Source of the DNA: Candidatus Multivorans sp.
Lineage (GTDB): Bacteria; Acidobacteriota; Thermoanaerobaculia; Multivoradales; Multivoraceae
DNA: 64,000 nt
Reading direction: 5' to 3'
NCBI GenBank assembly: GCA_965247095.1
Contig: OZ251997.1
Location: 3,456,001-3,520,000 of the forward strand
A model generated the notes under the pieces. That model was not told where the DNA came from, searched no databases, and saw only the letters and a program-made list of their open reading frames with translations. Within the stretch, counting starts at the first letter, position 1, and each line of letters starts with the position of its first letter. A program made the translations under genes and the position numbers. This document shows positions 18,289 to 27,325 of the stretch, one piece after another.

Positions 18289-18435
18289 GGTTGACGGGTC
18301 GGAATGTAGCGGATCGGCGTACGCCGGTCACTCCCGCCATTGCGCTGTACGGCCTGTCTCCGCACCAACGTCGTCGGCGGCTAGGCCGGTGTCCGTTCGA
18401 ACGGCTGCTCCTCTGCGAGCGTGCTGGCGCCGTCC

Positions 18436-18600
18436 TCAGTCAGCTTGGTAGCGCTTCCGGAGCCGCGCGAACACATCGGCCGCCGGCTGGACCTGACCAG
18501 CTTCGATCTGACGGTCGCCCAGTGCGAGTATCTTGAGCAGAGCCAGCGTTTCAGGTCGCGGCTTGGGCTCTGTCGGCTTGTGCGGTTTCGGCTTTGACAT
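18436..18600 (-). pseudogene. Phd/YefM-type antitoxin C-terminal part only
   Basis: ETLALLKILALGDRQIEAGQVQPAADVFARLR; strong RBS GAGGAGGAG; DNA-binding N-terminus absent. Confidence 0.5.
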
Positions 18601-18666
18601 GGTCTCCTCCTCGCGGGCCAAACATAGCCCATGCCGTGTGCGTATTGCGGGTAGGGAAGCCGGAGG

Positions 18667-18927
18667 ATGAAGAGGAAGCTGACGATCAGGGTAGACGGCG
18701 AGCTGATTCGCCGAGCCAGGCACTGCGCTCAGGCTCGCGGCGTCTCGCTGTCTTCCCTTGTAGAGACATCGCTCAGAGAGGTGGTGCGGGAAAGCGATCC
18801 CTCGTTCGCGTCCCGGTGGAGGGGCAAGTTCGAAGAGGCACGACGAGACGATGTCCGGTACAAGGCGCTCGCCCGCAAGTACCTTGACGGTGCCGGACAG
18901 GGGTGCTCGACAGAGGCTGCCGTATGA
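18667..18927 (+). CDS. DUF6364-like RHH antitoxin, orphan
   Basis: MKRKLTIRVDGELIRRAR...GVSLSSLVE...RWRGKF...LARKYL. Confidence 0.65.
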   Translation: MKRKLTIRVDGELIRRARHCAQARGVSLSSLVETSLREVVRESDPSFASRWRGKFEEARRDDVRYKALARKYLDGAGQGCSTEAAV

Positions 18928-18992
18928 AGCACAAGGGCTATATCGCCGCCGTCGAGTACGACGATTCGGTAGGTCGTCTACACGGCTGGGTC
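18924..18992 (+). pseudogene. HicB N-terminal fragment
   Basis: MKHKGYIAAVEYDDSVGRLHGWV nearly matches HicB at 12512 (MKYKDYVAAVEFDDSVGRLHGWV), then similarity stops. Confidence 0.8.
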
Positions 18993-19175
18993 GAGATCGC
19001 AGCCGTCGTCGCCGACGATCCGGCGGATCATCGCGCCGACCGGTTCCTCGTCCACAACCGCGCTACGGAGGATGCGCCGAACGGTCTCCTCCAGAGACAG
19101 GGACTCCCGCTCCGCACGAATCTTCAGGCGACGGACGACCTCACTGTCTAGGCGACGTACACTCAGGCTTGCCAT
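18978..19175 (-). pseudogene. FitA-like RHH antitoxin, orphan and probably 3'-clipped
   Basis: MASLSVRRLDSEVVRRLKIRAERESLSLEETVRRIL; collides with the HicB fragment; no PIN toxin follows. Confidence 0.7.
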
Positions 19176-19252
19176 TGGCTCCGCTCCGTGGGCTTCGCGG
19201 TTCGCGACGCTAGCAGGAGGCGCCGAAGTGCTGGTAGTCAGTTGAGCACGCC

Positions 19253-20446
19253 ATGAACGACACTGCACCGGCCGCCGTCGGCTACATGACCCCGGAGCGC
19301 GAGATGCTGAGGCGAATCGCGCGCGAGTTCACGGACAAGGAGGTCCTGCCGGCGGCCAACGAGCTCGACCCGAAGAAGGAGCCGATCCCGCAGTCGCTGA
19401 TCGACCAGATGGGGGAGCTGGGCTTCTTCGGCATCACGATTCCGGAGGAGTACGGGGGTGCCGGGCTCGGCGCGTTCGAGTACTGCCTCGTGGCCGAGGA
19501 ACTGGCGCGGGGCTGGATGAGCGTGGCGAGCATCATCGCCCGGGGCAACGGGTTCTACCGCTCGATCCCGTTCGAGGGCGAAGAGCGGCGGAAGCGGATC
19601 GAGCTGATGGCGCAGGGCAAGTACCTCGGCGCGCTCGCCATGTCGGAGCCCGAGGTCGGCTCGGACATCTCGTCGATCACGTGCCGGGCGCGGGTCGAGG
19701 ACGACCACTGGGTGATCACCGGCAACAAGTACTGGTGCACCTTCGCCGACGGCGCCAACTTCATCCAGGTCATCGCGCGGACTGACAGCGATGAGTCCGG
19801 CAAGCGCCATCGCGGCCTGACCGGGATCGGGATCGAGAAGCCGCCCGGCGAGCTGCCCGAGGGCGTCACCGGCTCGCCGATCCCCAAGATCGGCTACCAC
19901 GGGTGGAAGACCTGGGAGCTGCACTTCGACAACGTGCGGGTGCCGATCACCAAGCGCCAGAAGGAGGCCAAGGGCCAGGCGTTCTACGGCATGGCGCGCG
20001 GGCTGGAGAGCGCCCGGGCTCACACCGCGGCGCGCTCGATCGGTCTCGCGCAGGGCGCGCTGGAGCAGGCGATCGCGTACTCCAAGGAACGGATTCAGTT
20101 CCGGCGGCCGATCGCCGACTTCCAGGCGATCCGCTTCAAGATCGCCAACATGGCGACCCAGGTCGAGGCGGCTCGCCAGTTGAACTACTCGGTCTGCGCC
20201 AAGATCGACACCGGGGTGTCGTGCGCCAAGGAAGCGGCGATGGTCAAGTACTACGCCTCCGAGATGTCGGAGCGGGTGGCTTCGGACGCCCTGCAGGTCC
20301 TGGCTGGCGCCGGCTACACCACGGACTACCCGGTCGAGCGCTACTGGCGCGATGCGAGACTGACCAAGATCTTCGAGGGGACGTCGGAGATCATGCTCAA
20401 GATCGTCTCCGACGCGTTGCTCGGGAAGCCGTCGAGGAGGAGTTAG
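19253..20446 (+). CDS. Acyl-CoA dehydrogenase
   Basis: IPEEYGGAG, AMSEPEVGSD, ITGNKYW, RIQFRRPI, RDARLTKIFEGTSEI. Confidence 0.95.
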   Translation: MNDTAPAAVGYMTPEREMLRRIAREFTDKEVLPAANELDPKKEPIPQSLIDQMGELGFFGITIPEEYGGAGLGAFEYCLVAEELARGWMSVASIIARGNGFYRSIPFEGEERRKRIELMAQGKYLGALAMSEPEVGSDISSITCRARVEDDHWVITGNKYWCTFADGANFIQVIARTDSDESGKRHRGLTGIGIEKPPGELPEGVTGSPIPKIGYHGWKTWELHFDNVRVPITKRQKEAKGQAFYGMARGLESARAHTAARSIGLAQGALEQAIAYSKERIQFRRPIADFQAIRFKIANMATQVEAARQLNYSVCAKIDTGVSCAKEAAMVKYYASEMSERVASDALQVLAGAGYTTDYPVERYWRDARLTKIFEGTSEIMLKIVSDALLGKPSRRS

Positions 20447-20463
20447 TGACGCGGGTTCCGCCC

Positions 20464-20497
20464 CTGGGACCGCGGGCGTCTCGCCCGCATCCGGCGC
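20464..20497 (+). repeat. REP-like palindrome, variant copy
   Basis: CTGGGACCGCGGGCGTCTCGCCCGCATCCGGCGC versus 24636-24669. Confidence 0.7.
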
Positions 20498-20519
20498 CAG
20501 CAGTTGAGGAGGAAACGCC

Positions 20520-21848
20520 ATGAGACTCGCCAACCACCTCTGGAACCGCTTCGGCACCTTGGCCCTCGACGACATGCCGCGGTCCGCCCGCACCGTCGCC
20601 GGCCAGTGCGTGCTCGACTGGTACGGCTGCGCGCTGGTCGGCAGCCGCGAACCGCTGTCCGAGATCCTGCGTGCGGAACTGGGCGCCCAGGCCGGCCCGT
20701 GCTCCATTGTGGGCACGGACCTCCACTGCGCGCCGGGCGTCGCCGCGCTGCTCAATGGCACGGCCGGCCATGCGCTCGACTTCGACGACACACACAGCAT
20801 GATGGGCGGTCATCCCACGGTGCCGGTGTTCCCGGCCGCCCTGGCCCAGGCCCAGGAGATGGGGACCAGCGGCGAGCGGTTGCTTGTCGCCTTCATCGTC
20901 GGCGTCGAGGTGGAGTCGAGGATCGGCGCCCTCGTCGGGCCGGCGGCCTACGTCAAGGGCTGGCATTCGACGTCGACGATCGGGATCCACGGCGCCACTG
21001 CCGCCGCCTGCCATCTGCTGGGCGCCAGCAACGAGCAGTTCGGGCACGCGCTCGGTCTCGCCGCTTCCCAGTCGAGCGGTCTCAAGGCGAACTTCGGCAC
21101 CATGACCAAGCCGTTCCACGCCGGTCACGCCGCCGAACGCGGCCTGCTCTCGGCGCGGCTCGCGATGAGGGGCTTCACCTCGAACCCCGAGGCGGTCGAC
21201 GGCAGGCAGGGCTACGCCGATGCGGCGGGCTCGGGCAGCGAAGAAGTCAACTGGCAGCGGCTCGAGGACCAGGGCGACCGCTTCCTGATCGAGGACACGC
21301 TCTTCAAGTACCACGCCGCCTGCTACCTGACCCACGCCGCGATCGAGTCGGTGGGTTCACTGCGAGCCGAGCTGGCGTCCCGGGGCATCCGGCCGGAAGA
21401 GGTGGAGAAGGCCATCGTCAGCGTCCATCCGGGCTTGCTCGATGTCTGCGGCATCCCGGCGCCCAAGACCGGCCTGGAAGCGAAGTTCAGCCTCGTCGCC
21501 ACGACCTCCCTGGCGATGCTCGGCATCGACACGACGGACGCGGCCACGTTCGTCGACGAGGCGCTCGACAACCCGGCGTTCGCGCTCATGGTCGACAAGA
21601 TCGAGGTGCGGACCGACCGCAACCTCGGCCACACCCAGGCCCGGGTCGAACTCAGGGCGAACGGCAGCAGGCTCGAGCAGTTCCACGACACCGGCATCCC
21701 GGCCACGGACCTGGAGGCGCAGGGAGCGAAGCTGACCGCGAAGATGACGAGTTTGACGGCGCCGCTGCTCGGCAGCGAGGCGAGCGAACGGCTGCGGCAG
21801 TTGTCGCTCCACCTGGAAGCGGTGGACGACGTCCGCGAGTTGTTCTGA
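20520..21848 (+). CDS. MmgE/PrpD family protein
   Basis: NGTAGHALDFDDTH, GWHSTST, TKPFHAG, FKYHAACYLTH, EAKFSL. Confidence 0.92.
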   Translation: MRLANHLWNRFGTLALDDMPRSARTVAGQCVLDWYGCALVGSREPLSEILRAELGAQAGPCSIVGTDLHCAPGVAALLNGTAGHALDFDDTHSMMGGHPTVPVFPAALAQAQEMGTSGERLLVAFIVGVEVESRIGALVGPAAYVKGWHSTSTIGIHGATAAACHLLGASNEQFGHALGLAASQSSGLKANFGTMTKPFHAGHAAERGLLSARLAMRGFTSNPEAVDGRQGYADAAGSGSEEVNWQRLEDQGDRFLIEDTLFKYHAACYLTHAAIESVGSLRAELASRGIRPEEVEKAIVSVHPGLLDVCGIPAPKTGLEAKFSLVATTSLAMLGIDTTDAATFVDEALDNPAFALMVDKIEVRTDRNLGHTQARVELRANGSRLEQFHDTGIPATDLEAQGAKLTAKMTSLTAPLLGSEASERLRQLSLHLEAVDDVRELF

Positions 21849-21858
21849 GTCGGGGCCG

Positions 21859-23361
21859 CTACCCGTCAATCCCCCCGAGGCACATGTACTTGAGCTCAAG
21901 GTAGTCGTCCAGGCCGTACTTGGAGCCTTCGCGGCCCTGGCCGGACTCCTTGACGCCGCCGAAGGGGGCCATCTCGTTGGAGATGATGCCCTCGTTGATC
22001 CCCACAATGCCGTACTCCAGGGCCTCGCTGACGCGCCAGATGCGGCCGATGTCGCGGGAGTAGAAGTAGCTGGCCAGGCCGAACTCCGTGTCGTTCGCCA
22101 TGGCGATGGCTTCTTCCTCGGTGCTGAACTTCAGCAGCGGCGCCACGGGGCCGAAGATCTCTTCGCGGAAGACGCGCATGTCGTCGGTCACGCCGGTGAG
22201 GATCGTGGGCTCCACGAAGCGCTCGCCCAGGTCTGAACGCCTGCCGCCGAGCTCGATCGTGGCGCCGCGGTCGACTGCGTCGGTGATGCGACTGGTCACC
22301 TTCTCCGCGGCCTCGGTGCTGATCAGTGGGCCCACGGTCACGCCTTCTTCGGCGCCGTCGCCCATCTTGATTCCGCGCACCGCGGCGGCGAATTTCTCGG
22401 CGAAGGCGTCGTAGATGCCTTCCTGGACCAGGATGCGGTTCGCGCAGACGCAGGTCTGGCCCGCGTTGCGGAACTTGCAGATCATCGCGCCCTCAACGGC
22501 CGCGTCCAGGTCGGCGTCGTCGAAGACGATGAAGGGCGCGTTGCCGCCCAGTTCCATGGACATGCGCTTCATCGTGCCGGCGCATTGGGCCATGAGCAGC
22601 TTGCCCACCGCGGTGGAGCCGGTGAAGGTGAGCTTGCGGACCGTGGGATTGGAGGTCAGTTCCCCGCCGATCTCGACGGTTTGGCCGCAGAGGATGTTGA
22701 TCGCTCCCGGCGGGATGCCCGCGCGCGTGGCCAGCTCGGCCAGTGCATGGGCCGACAGGGGCGTCTCGTTGGCGGGCTTGCACACCACCGTGCAGCCGGC
22801 GGCGAGGGCCGGACCGATCTTCCGCGCCAGCATGGCGTTGGGGAAGTTCCACGGGGTGATGCAGGCCACCACGCCGACCGGCTGCTTGATGCAGACGATG
22901 CGCTTGTCGTTGGACGGTCCGGGGATCGTGTCGCCGTACACCCGCTTGGCCTCTTCCGAGAACCACTCGACGTAGTTGGCGCCGTAGGCGATCTCCCCGC
23001 GGGCCTCGGCCAGGGGCTTGCCCTGCTCCGCGGTCAGAATCCGGGCCAGGTCTTCCTGGTTCTCCATCATCAGGTCGAACCAGCGCCGCAGCAGCGCGGC
23101 GCGCTCCTTGACCGTGGTGTGCCGCCAGGTCTCGAAGGCCCTCGCGGCGGCCTTGATCGCGCGACGGGTTTCGGCCGCGCCGCAACAGGCGACGTCGGCG
23201 ACGGTTTCGCCGGATGCCGGGTTCTCGACGGCGAAGGTCTCGCCCGAATCAGCGTCGACCCACTGGCCGTCGATGAACGCCTGAGACCTCAGCAGACCGG
23301 GGTCAGCCAGGGGCGGCTGGGAAGTCGAGGTGCGAGGGGCAACGGAGGTGGCAATGCTCAT
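21859..23361 (-). CDS. gabD: NAD(P)-dependent succinate-semialdehyde dehydrogenase
   Basis: ITPWNFP, FTGSTAVG, MELGGNAP, NAGQTCVCANR, EEIFGP, PFGGVKESGQGREGS. Confidence 0.92.
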   Translation of the reverse strand: MSIATSVAPRTSTSQPPLADPGLLRSQAFIDGQWVDADSGETFAVENPASGETVADVACCGAAETRRAIKAAARAFETWRHTTVKERAALLRRWFDLMMENQEDLARILTAEQGKPLAEARGEIAYGANYVEWFSEEAKRVYGDTIPGPSNDKRIVCIKQPVGVVACITPWNFPNAMLARKIGPALAAGCTVVCKPANETPLSAHALAELATRAGIPPGAINILCGQTVEIGGELTSNPTVRKLTFTGSTAVGKLLMAQCAGTMKRMSMELGGNAPFIVFDDADLDAAVEGAMICKFRNAGQTCVCANRILVQEGIYDAFAEKFAAAVRGIKMGDGAEEGVTVGPLISTEAAEKVTSRITDAVDRGATIELGGRRSDLGERFVEPTILTGVTDDMRVFREEIFGPVAPLLKFSTEEEAIAMANDTEFGLASYFYSRDIGRIWRVSEALEYGIVGINEGIISNEMAPFGGVKESGQGREGSKYGLDDYLELKYMCLGGIDG

Positions 23362-23368
23362 GGAACGA

Positions 23369-24559
23369 CTAGCCCTCCAGCAACGTGATGATCTCGTCGA
23401 TGTCCTGGAGCGTCTCGGCCAGTTGGGTCCGGTAGTCCTCGTCGTCGACGTCTTCGAGCCGTTTCAGCGCTCTCGGCCGCCGGTCGCGGACGATGTCGAG
23501 CGCGGTCTGGCCCTGCAGCGTTTTCGCGCCGGTGTCGATCCCGCGTTCCACGAGCAGGCGGGCGCCGTCGACCATGTCGTACCGGCTGGCCCAGTGGAGC
23601 GCGTTGTAGCCTTCGTCGTTCGTCGACTCGGGATCCATGCCCCGGTCGAGGAGCTCGCGCAGCAGCTCGACGTCCTCCTGCAGGACCACCGGGCGGGCGA
23701 GGTGGTACCGATCCGCTTGTTCCATCGACGGATCGGCGCCGGCATCCAGCAGGGTGCGGAGGCAGCTACGGTCTTCGAGCCGGTGCGAGCGCATCAGAGC
23801 CACCCACAACGGGGCAGCGCCGTCCGGGTCGGGCCGGCTGGCCGCCTCGGGATCGTCGGCCAGGGCGGCCTGCAACTCCTCGCAGCGGCCCAGGCCGACG
23901 AGGTCGGCCGTGGAGATGGCCGGCGCCTGCGTCAGCGCGAGGTCGATCTGAGCGTTCTGCTTCACACTGGGCGAGAGCAGGATCAGCGACAGCGGCGTCT
24001 GGCCGTTCTCGAACGGTTCGAGGAGCAGATCCGGCCGGTCCGGGAGCGCCTTCTCCAGGTGCTCGACGGGCCTTGAGACCACGAAGTGGCGGCGGAACGC
24101 GTCGTCGTCGAGGAACGCCAGCGAGGCGTCGAACGCCGACTTCCCTGCGATCATCGCTTCGAGGTACTCGACGTAAGTCTCGCGGCTCTGGACGCCCACG
24201 ATCCGGTCCTGCTCCTCGCCGTCCTTGAAGAAGAGGATGTGCGGTACGCCGTTGACCCGCAAGCCGCGGTAGATGTCCGGCGATTCGTCGATGTCGAGCT
24301 TGCCGATCTTCGCCCGTCCTGCCATCTCCGGCGCCAGGCTCTCGACGATCGGGTCCACGACCTTGCAGGGGACGCACCACGTGGCGGTGAAGTCCACCAG
24401 CACCGGAACGTCGGCCTGGTAGACCTCGGCGTCGAAGTTGTCGCTGTTCAGGAAGACGACCTGAGCGAGCGGATCGGTCGGCTGCTGCGCGTCCTCGCCC
24501 GCGGTGCAGGCTGCGAGAACAGCTACAAGGCACAGGCAGAGGGCGAAACGAACTCTCAT
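23369..24559 (-). CDS. Lipoprotein with thioredoxin domain and ankyrin repeats
   Basis: Lipobox LAAC; VLVDFTATWCVPC; GQTPL, LLDAGADP, GYNALHWA, GQTALD repeats. Confidence 0.8.
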   Translation of the reverse strand: MRVRFALCLCLVAVLAACTAGEDAQQPTDPLAQVVFLNSDNFDAEVYQADVPVLVDFTATWCVPCKVVDPIVESLAPEMAGRAKIGKLDIDESPDIYRGLRVNGVPHILFFKDGEEQDRIVGVQSRETYVEYLEAMIAGKSAFDASLAFLDDDAFRRHFVVSRPVEHLEKALPDRPDLLLEPFENGQTPLSLILLSPSVKQNAQIDLALTQAPAISTADLVGLGRCEELQAALADDPEAASRPDPDGAAPLWVALMRSHRLEDRSCLRTLLDAGADPSMEQADRYHLARPVVLQEDVELLRELLDRGMDPESTNDEGYNALHWASRYDMVDGARLLVERGIDTGAKTLQGQTALDIVRDRRPRALKRLEDVDDEDYRTQLAETLQDIDEIITLLEG

Positions 24560-24635
24560 CGGGGCTACCTCCGGTTGGGGCGGGCTGGCGGCTGGTGGCT
24601 GGTGGCTAGGAGCTGGCGCGGTAGAACGATCTGAC

Positions 24636-24669
24636 CTGGGAACGCGGGCATCCTGCCCGCATCCGGCGC
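24636..24669 (+). repeat. REP-like palindrome, copy 3
   Basis: 24636-24660 identical to the reverse complement of 4752-4776. Confidence 0.75.
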
Positions 24670-24713
24670 GGAGCGCCGGCCTCTGGGAGTTCTGCCGCGC
24701 TAGCGGCTAGTGG

Positions 24714-26006
24714 CTACTCGCCGCCGGTGGTCTCGATCGCTCTCCCCGGCGTTCTCGCCTTCGGCGCCTCTTCGTCGTTGTACACGCAGGAGATGAAGCC
24801 CATCAGCATCTCGTCGGTCGACATCGGGCCGAACACCACGTCGCGATCGGGGTTGAAGCCCCAGCGTTCGGCCTCCTCGGGAGAGTTGTCGAACCACATG
24901 TCGATGCGCAGGCGGGTGCCCTTGGGCAGCACCTTCGGCTCGGAATACCAGTAGATCTCCTGCCAGTCGAAGTCCCAGTCCGGCACGTGAAGGATGAGCT
25001 CTTCCGTGCCGTCCGGGAAGAAGGCCGTGTACTTCGACTCGCGGCCGCGCATGTGCATGTGGGGGAGCATCCCGAGGATCGTGATGTCCCGCTCGAAGGT
25101 GCGCTCGGCGGAGTCGTGCCAGTAGTCGTGGCGTGCCGGAATCTCGAACTCGAAGTTGCTGATCGGGAAGAAGTGGATCGGGTGTTCGACCGTTTCGGTC
25201 GCGAACTTGAGGGCGATCGACGACTGATCCCAGCCGCCGCTGCCGGGCCCCGGCTCCTTGTGGTAGTGAAGATCGAAGGTGAGCGTGGCGCCGGCCTCAA
25301 GAAGCGAGCCGAAGCCCTCCGGCCACACATGGGGCGGCGACCCCGAGGTGGCGCCGCCGAGGTAGCTGCCGTCACCGCGGGTTTCCTCGTCGTTCGGCCC
25401 CTTGACGAAGATGTTGAAGTGGTGGACGAGTTCGCTGCCGCGGCGGAACTCGATCTCCTGCACCCACTTGTCGTCCGGCAGGATGTCCTCGGTCAGGACC
25501 AGGCGGTGCTTGGTGTAGATGTCCCTGATGTCGTCCTCGACGTAGTAGGGCGCCGGCATCTTGAGCACCAGGTCGGGATCGGTGAACAGCCAGCCCTCGT
25601 CGTCGGCCCAGTCGATGGGCGCCGGTCCGTTCTCCGGCCGGCCGGGCAGGGCGCCCGCTTCCACCCAGCGCTGCAGCGTGGCGATTTCGGCGTCGGCCAG
25701 GCCGCGCTCGTTCTTGAACACGCCGTCGAAGTGCTCGGAGGCGTCCCAGGGCGGCATCTCCTTCGAGGCCGTCATGCGCACGATGGCGCGCGCCCACGGG
25801 CGTGCCTCTTCGAACGTGGTGAGCGACATCGGCACGCCGCCACGGTAGATCTTGCCGCCTGACGGGCGGTGACACTCCTGGCAGTTCTCCTGCAGGATGG
25901 GCAGGACGTGTTCGTAGAATGTCGGACTCGTGGCGTCGGCGGCGCCGTGCGCCGCCGCGGCAAAGACCAGGCAGAGAGCAAGACCAACCAGGCGCCGACT
26001 CGTCAT
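24714..26006 (-). CDS. Secreted cytochrome c / copper monooxygenase (PHM-like) domain protein
   Basis: Signal peptide, CQECH, MPPW, LVHH, PHMHMRG, DEML. Confidence 0.75.
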   Translation of the reverse strand: MTSRRLVGLALCLVFAAAAHGAADATSPTFYEHVLPILQENCQECHRPSGGKIYRGGVPMSLTTFEEARPWARAIVRMTASKEMPPWDASEHFDGVFKNERGLADAEIATLQRWVEAGALPGRPENGPAPIDWADDEGWLFTDPDLVLKMPAPYYVEDDIRDIYTKHRLVLTEDILPDDKWVQEIEFRRGSELVHHFNIFVKGPNDEETRGDGSYLGGATSGSPPHVWPEGFGSLLEAGATLTFDLHYHKEPGPGSGGWDQSSIALKFATETVEHPIHFFPISNFEFEIPARHDYWHDSAERTFERDITILGMLPHMHMRGRESKYTAFFPDGTEELILHVPDWDFDWQEIYWYSEPKVLPKGTRLRIDMWFDNSPEEAERWGFNPDRDVVFGPMSTDEMLMGFISCVYNDEEAPKARTPGRAIETTGGE

Positions 26007-26081
26007 CGCTACGTCCCCGTGGAAGAGTTCGGAATGAGTCAGTGTACAGGAGGCAAGTGGCGCCGCTCTCCCGACCCTCGG

Positions 26082-26326
26082 TCAGGCCGCGAGTGGGTAG
26101 TGGCAGCGCACTCCTTGGAAGCGCCGGAAGTCGTGGTCCGCGGTATGCACTTCGCCTCGATGGGCGCGAGCGAGCGCCGCGATCTGGGCGTCTGTGACGA
26201 GGTCGCCGCCCGCCGATCCCGCGGCGGCGAGCAACTCCACGACATGTCTCACGTGGTCTTCGCCCGGTAGCAGGAGCCGCGTGACCGGATGGGCGGTCCA
26301 CTCGGCCACCAAGTCGCCCGCGACAA
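26082..26326 (-). pseudogene. VapC (PIN) toxin C-terminal half
   Basis: GDLVTDAQIAALA...VHTADHDFRRF; N-terminal Asp motif and antitoxin absent. Confidence 0.75.
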
Positions 26327-27325
26327 CTAACCCGGCAAAGCTGCCGCCTGGCGCCTGACGAGTCCGCGTACGTACTCGAATGCGTCGCGACGCTTGAGTT
26401 CCGGACGCGCGTTGATCCATCCGAGAATGGCCAGCGAGCGCATCAGCAGGAAGGCGGGCAGCAGGTCCAGCGCCGCGTCGCTCAATGACCGCTGCGAGCG
26501 ATACCCGGCGACCAGGGCATCCCGGATCATCCCGAAGTGCGGATTCGACTGGTAGTGGAAGAGCGCGACGGCAAGCTCGTACAAGTGCCATCCGAACCCT
26601 GCGTCGTCGAAGTCGATGACCTGCAGGCCGTTCTCGGTCTTCAGGATGTTGCCGGGATGGAGGTCGCCGTGAATCAGGCTGTACGTCTGCGGATCCTGGC
26701 CGTAGTCCGTGAAGAGCTCCCTCAGTTGTTCGCGGGCCTTTGAGAGCAGCCGACGGTCCGAAGCCTCAAGCCCCGAGGCTTCCCAGAAACGGCCCCAGAA
26801 GGGCGATTCGCCGAGGAGTCCGTCGACGTCGAACGAGTGCCTTCGAAAGCGGGGCGGCAGCTCCCAACCGACCGCCTGGTTGTGGATGCGCGCCGCGATG
26901 CGCCCCAGATCGTCGAAGTACCGCGCCAGGCGCTCGCCGGTCGCCGCGTTGACGAGATCCGACAAGACCTCCCCTTCCACCCACTCGGAGACCCCCACGA
27001 GACGCGACTCGGTCGTTCTCACCCGTACCGGCACGTAGCGATGGCCGTCCAGTGAGCGAACCGGTACCGGCGCGCCGACTCCGGCGGCGTTCAGGGCCGC
27101 CGTCCAGAGTTGCTCGGAGACGAGCTCCTCGAGGTCGTGGTAACCCGGCCGATGGAGGCGCAGGACGAAACTCCCGCCCGGCTCCGAATGGACCCGGAAG
27201 ACGACGTTCTCCTGGTGCGCGACCAGCTCGATGCGCGCGGGAGATTCGTCCCACTCTCGCCAGGCCGCGGTCGCTGCCTTGTGGAACTCCGCGTCTTCGA
27301 TCTCAGTTGCGGTGGCCGAGTTCAC
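26327..27325 (-). CDS. APH-family phosphotransferase (homoserine/hydroxylysine kinase-like)
   Basis: ENVVFRV, VLRLHRPGY, LIHGDLHPGN, VIDFDD; start uncertain (GTG 27325). Confidence 0.85.
   Translation of the reverse strand: MNSATATEIEDAEFHKAATAAWREWDESPARIELVAHQENVVFRVHSEPGGSFVLRLHRPGYHDLEELVSEQLWTAALNAAGVGAPVPVRSLDGHRYVPVRVRTTESRLVGVSEWVEGEVLSDLVNAATGERLARYFDDLGRIAARIHNQAVGWELPPRFRRHSFDVDGLLGESPFWGRFWEASGLEASDRRLLSKAREQLRELFTDYGQDPQTYSLIHGDLHPGNILKTENGLQVIDFDDAGFGWHLYELAVALFHYQSNPHFGMIRDALVAGYRSQRSLSDAALDLLPAFLLMRSLAILGWINARPELKRRDAFEYVRGLVRRQAAALPG

Noticed and set aside
6655-19250. Integrase or att sites bounding the defence island
   Set aside because: No integrase, tRNA or flanking direct repeat found by eye
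58-26006. PAL-like and PHM-like genes as a peptide amidation pair
   Set aside because: 23 kb apart with no precursor peptide or linkage evidence
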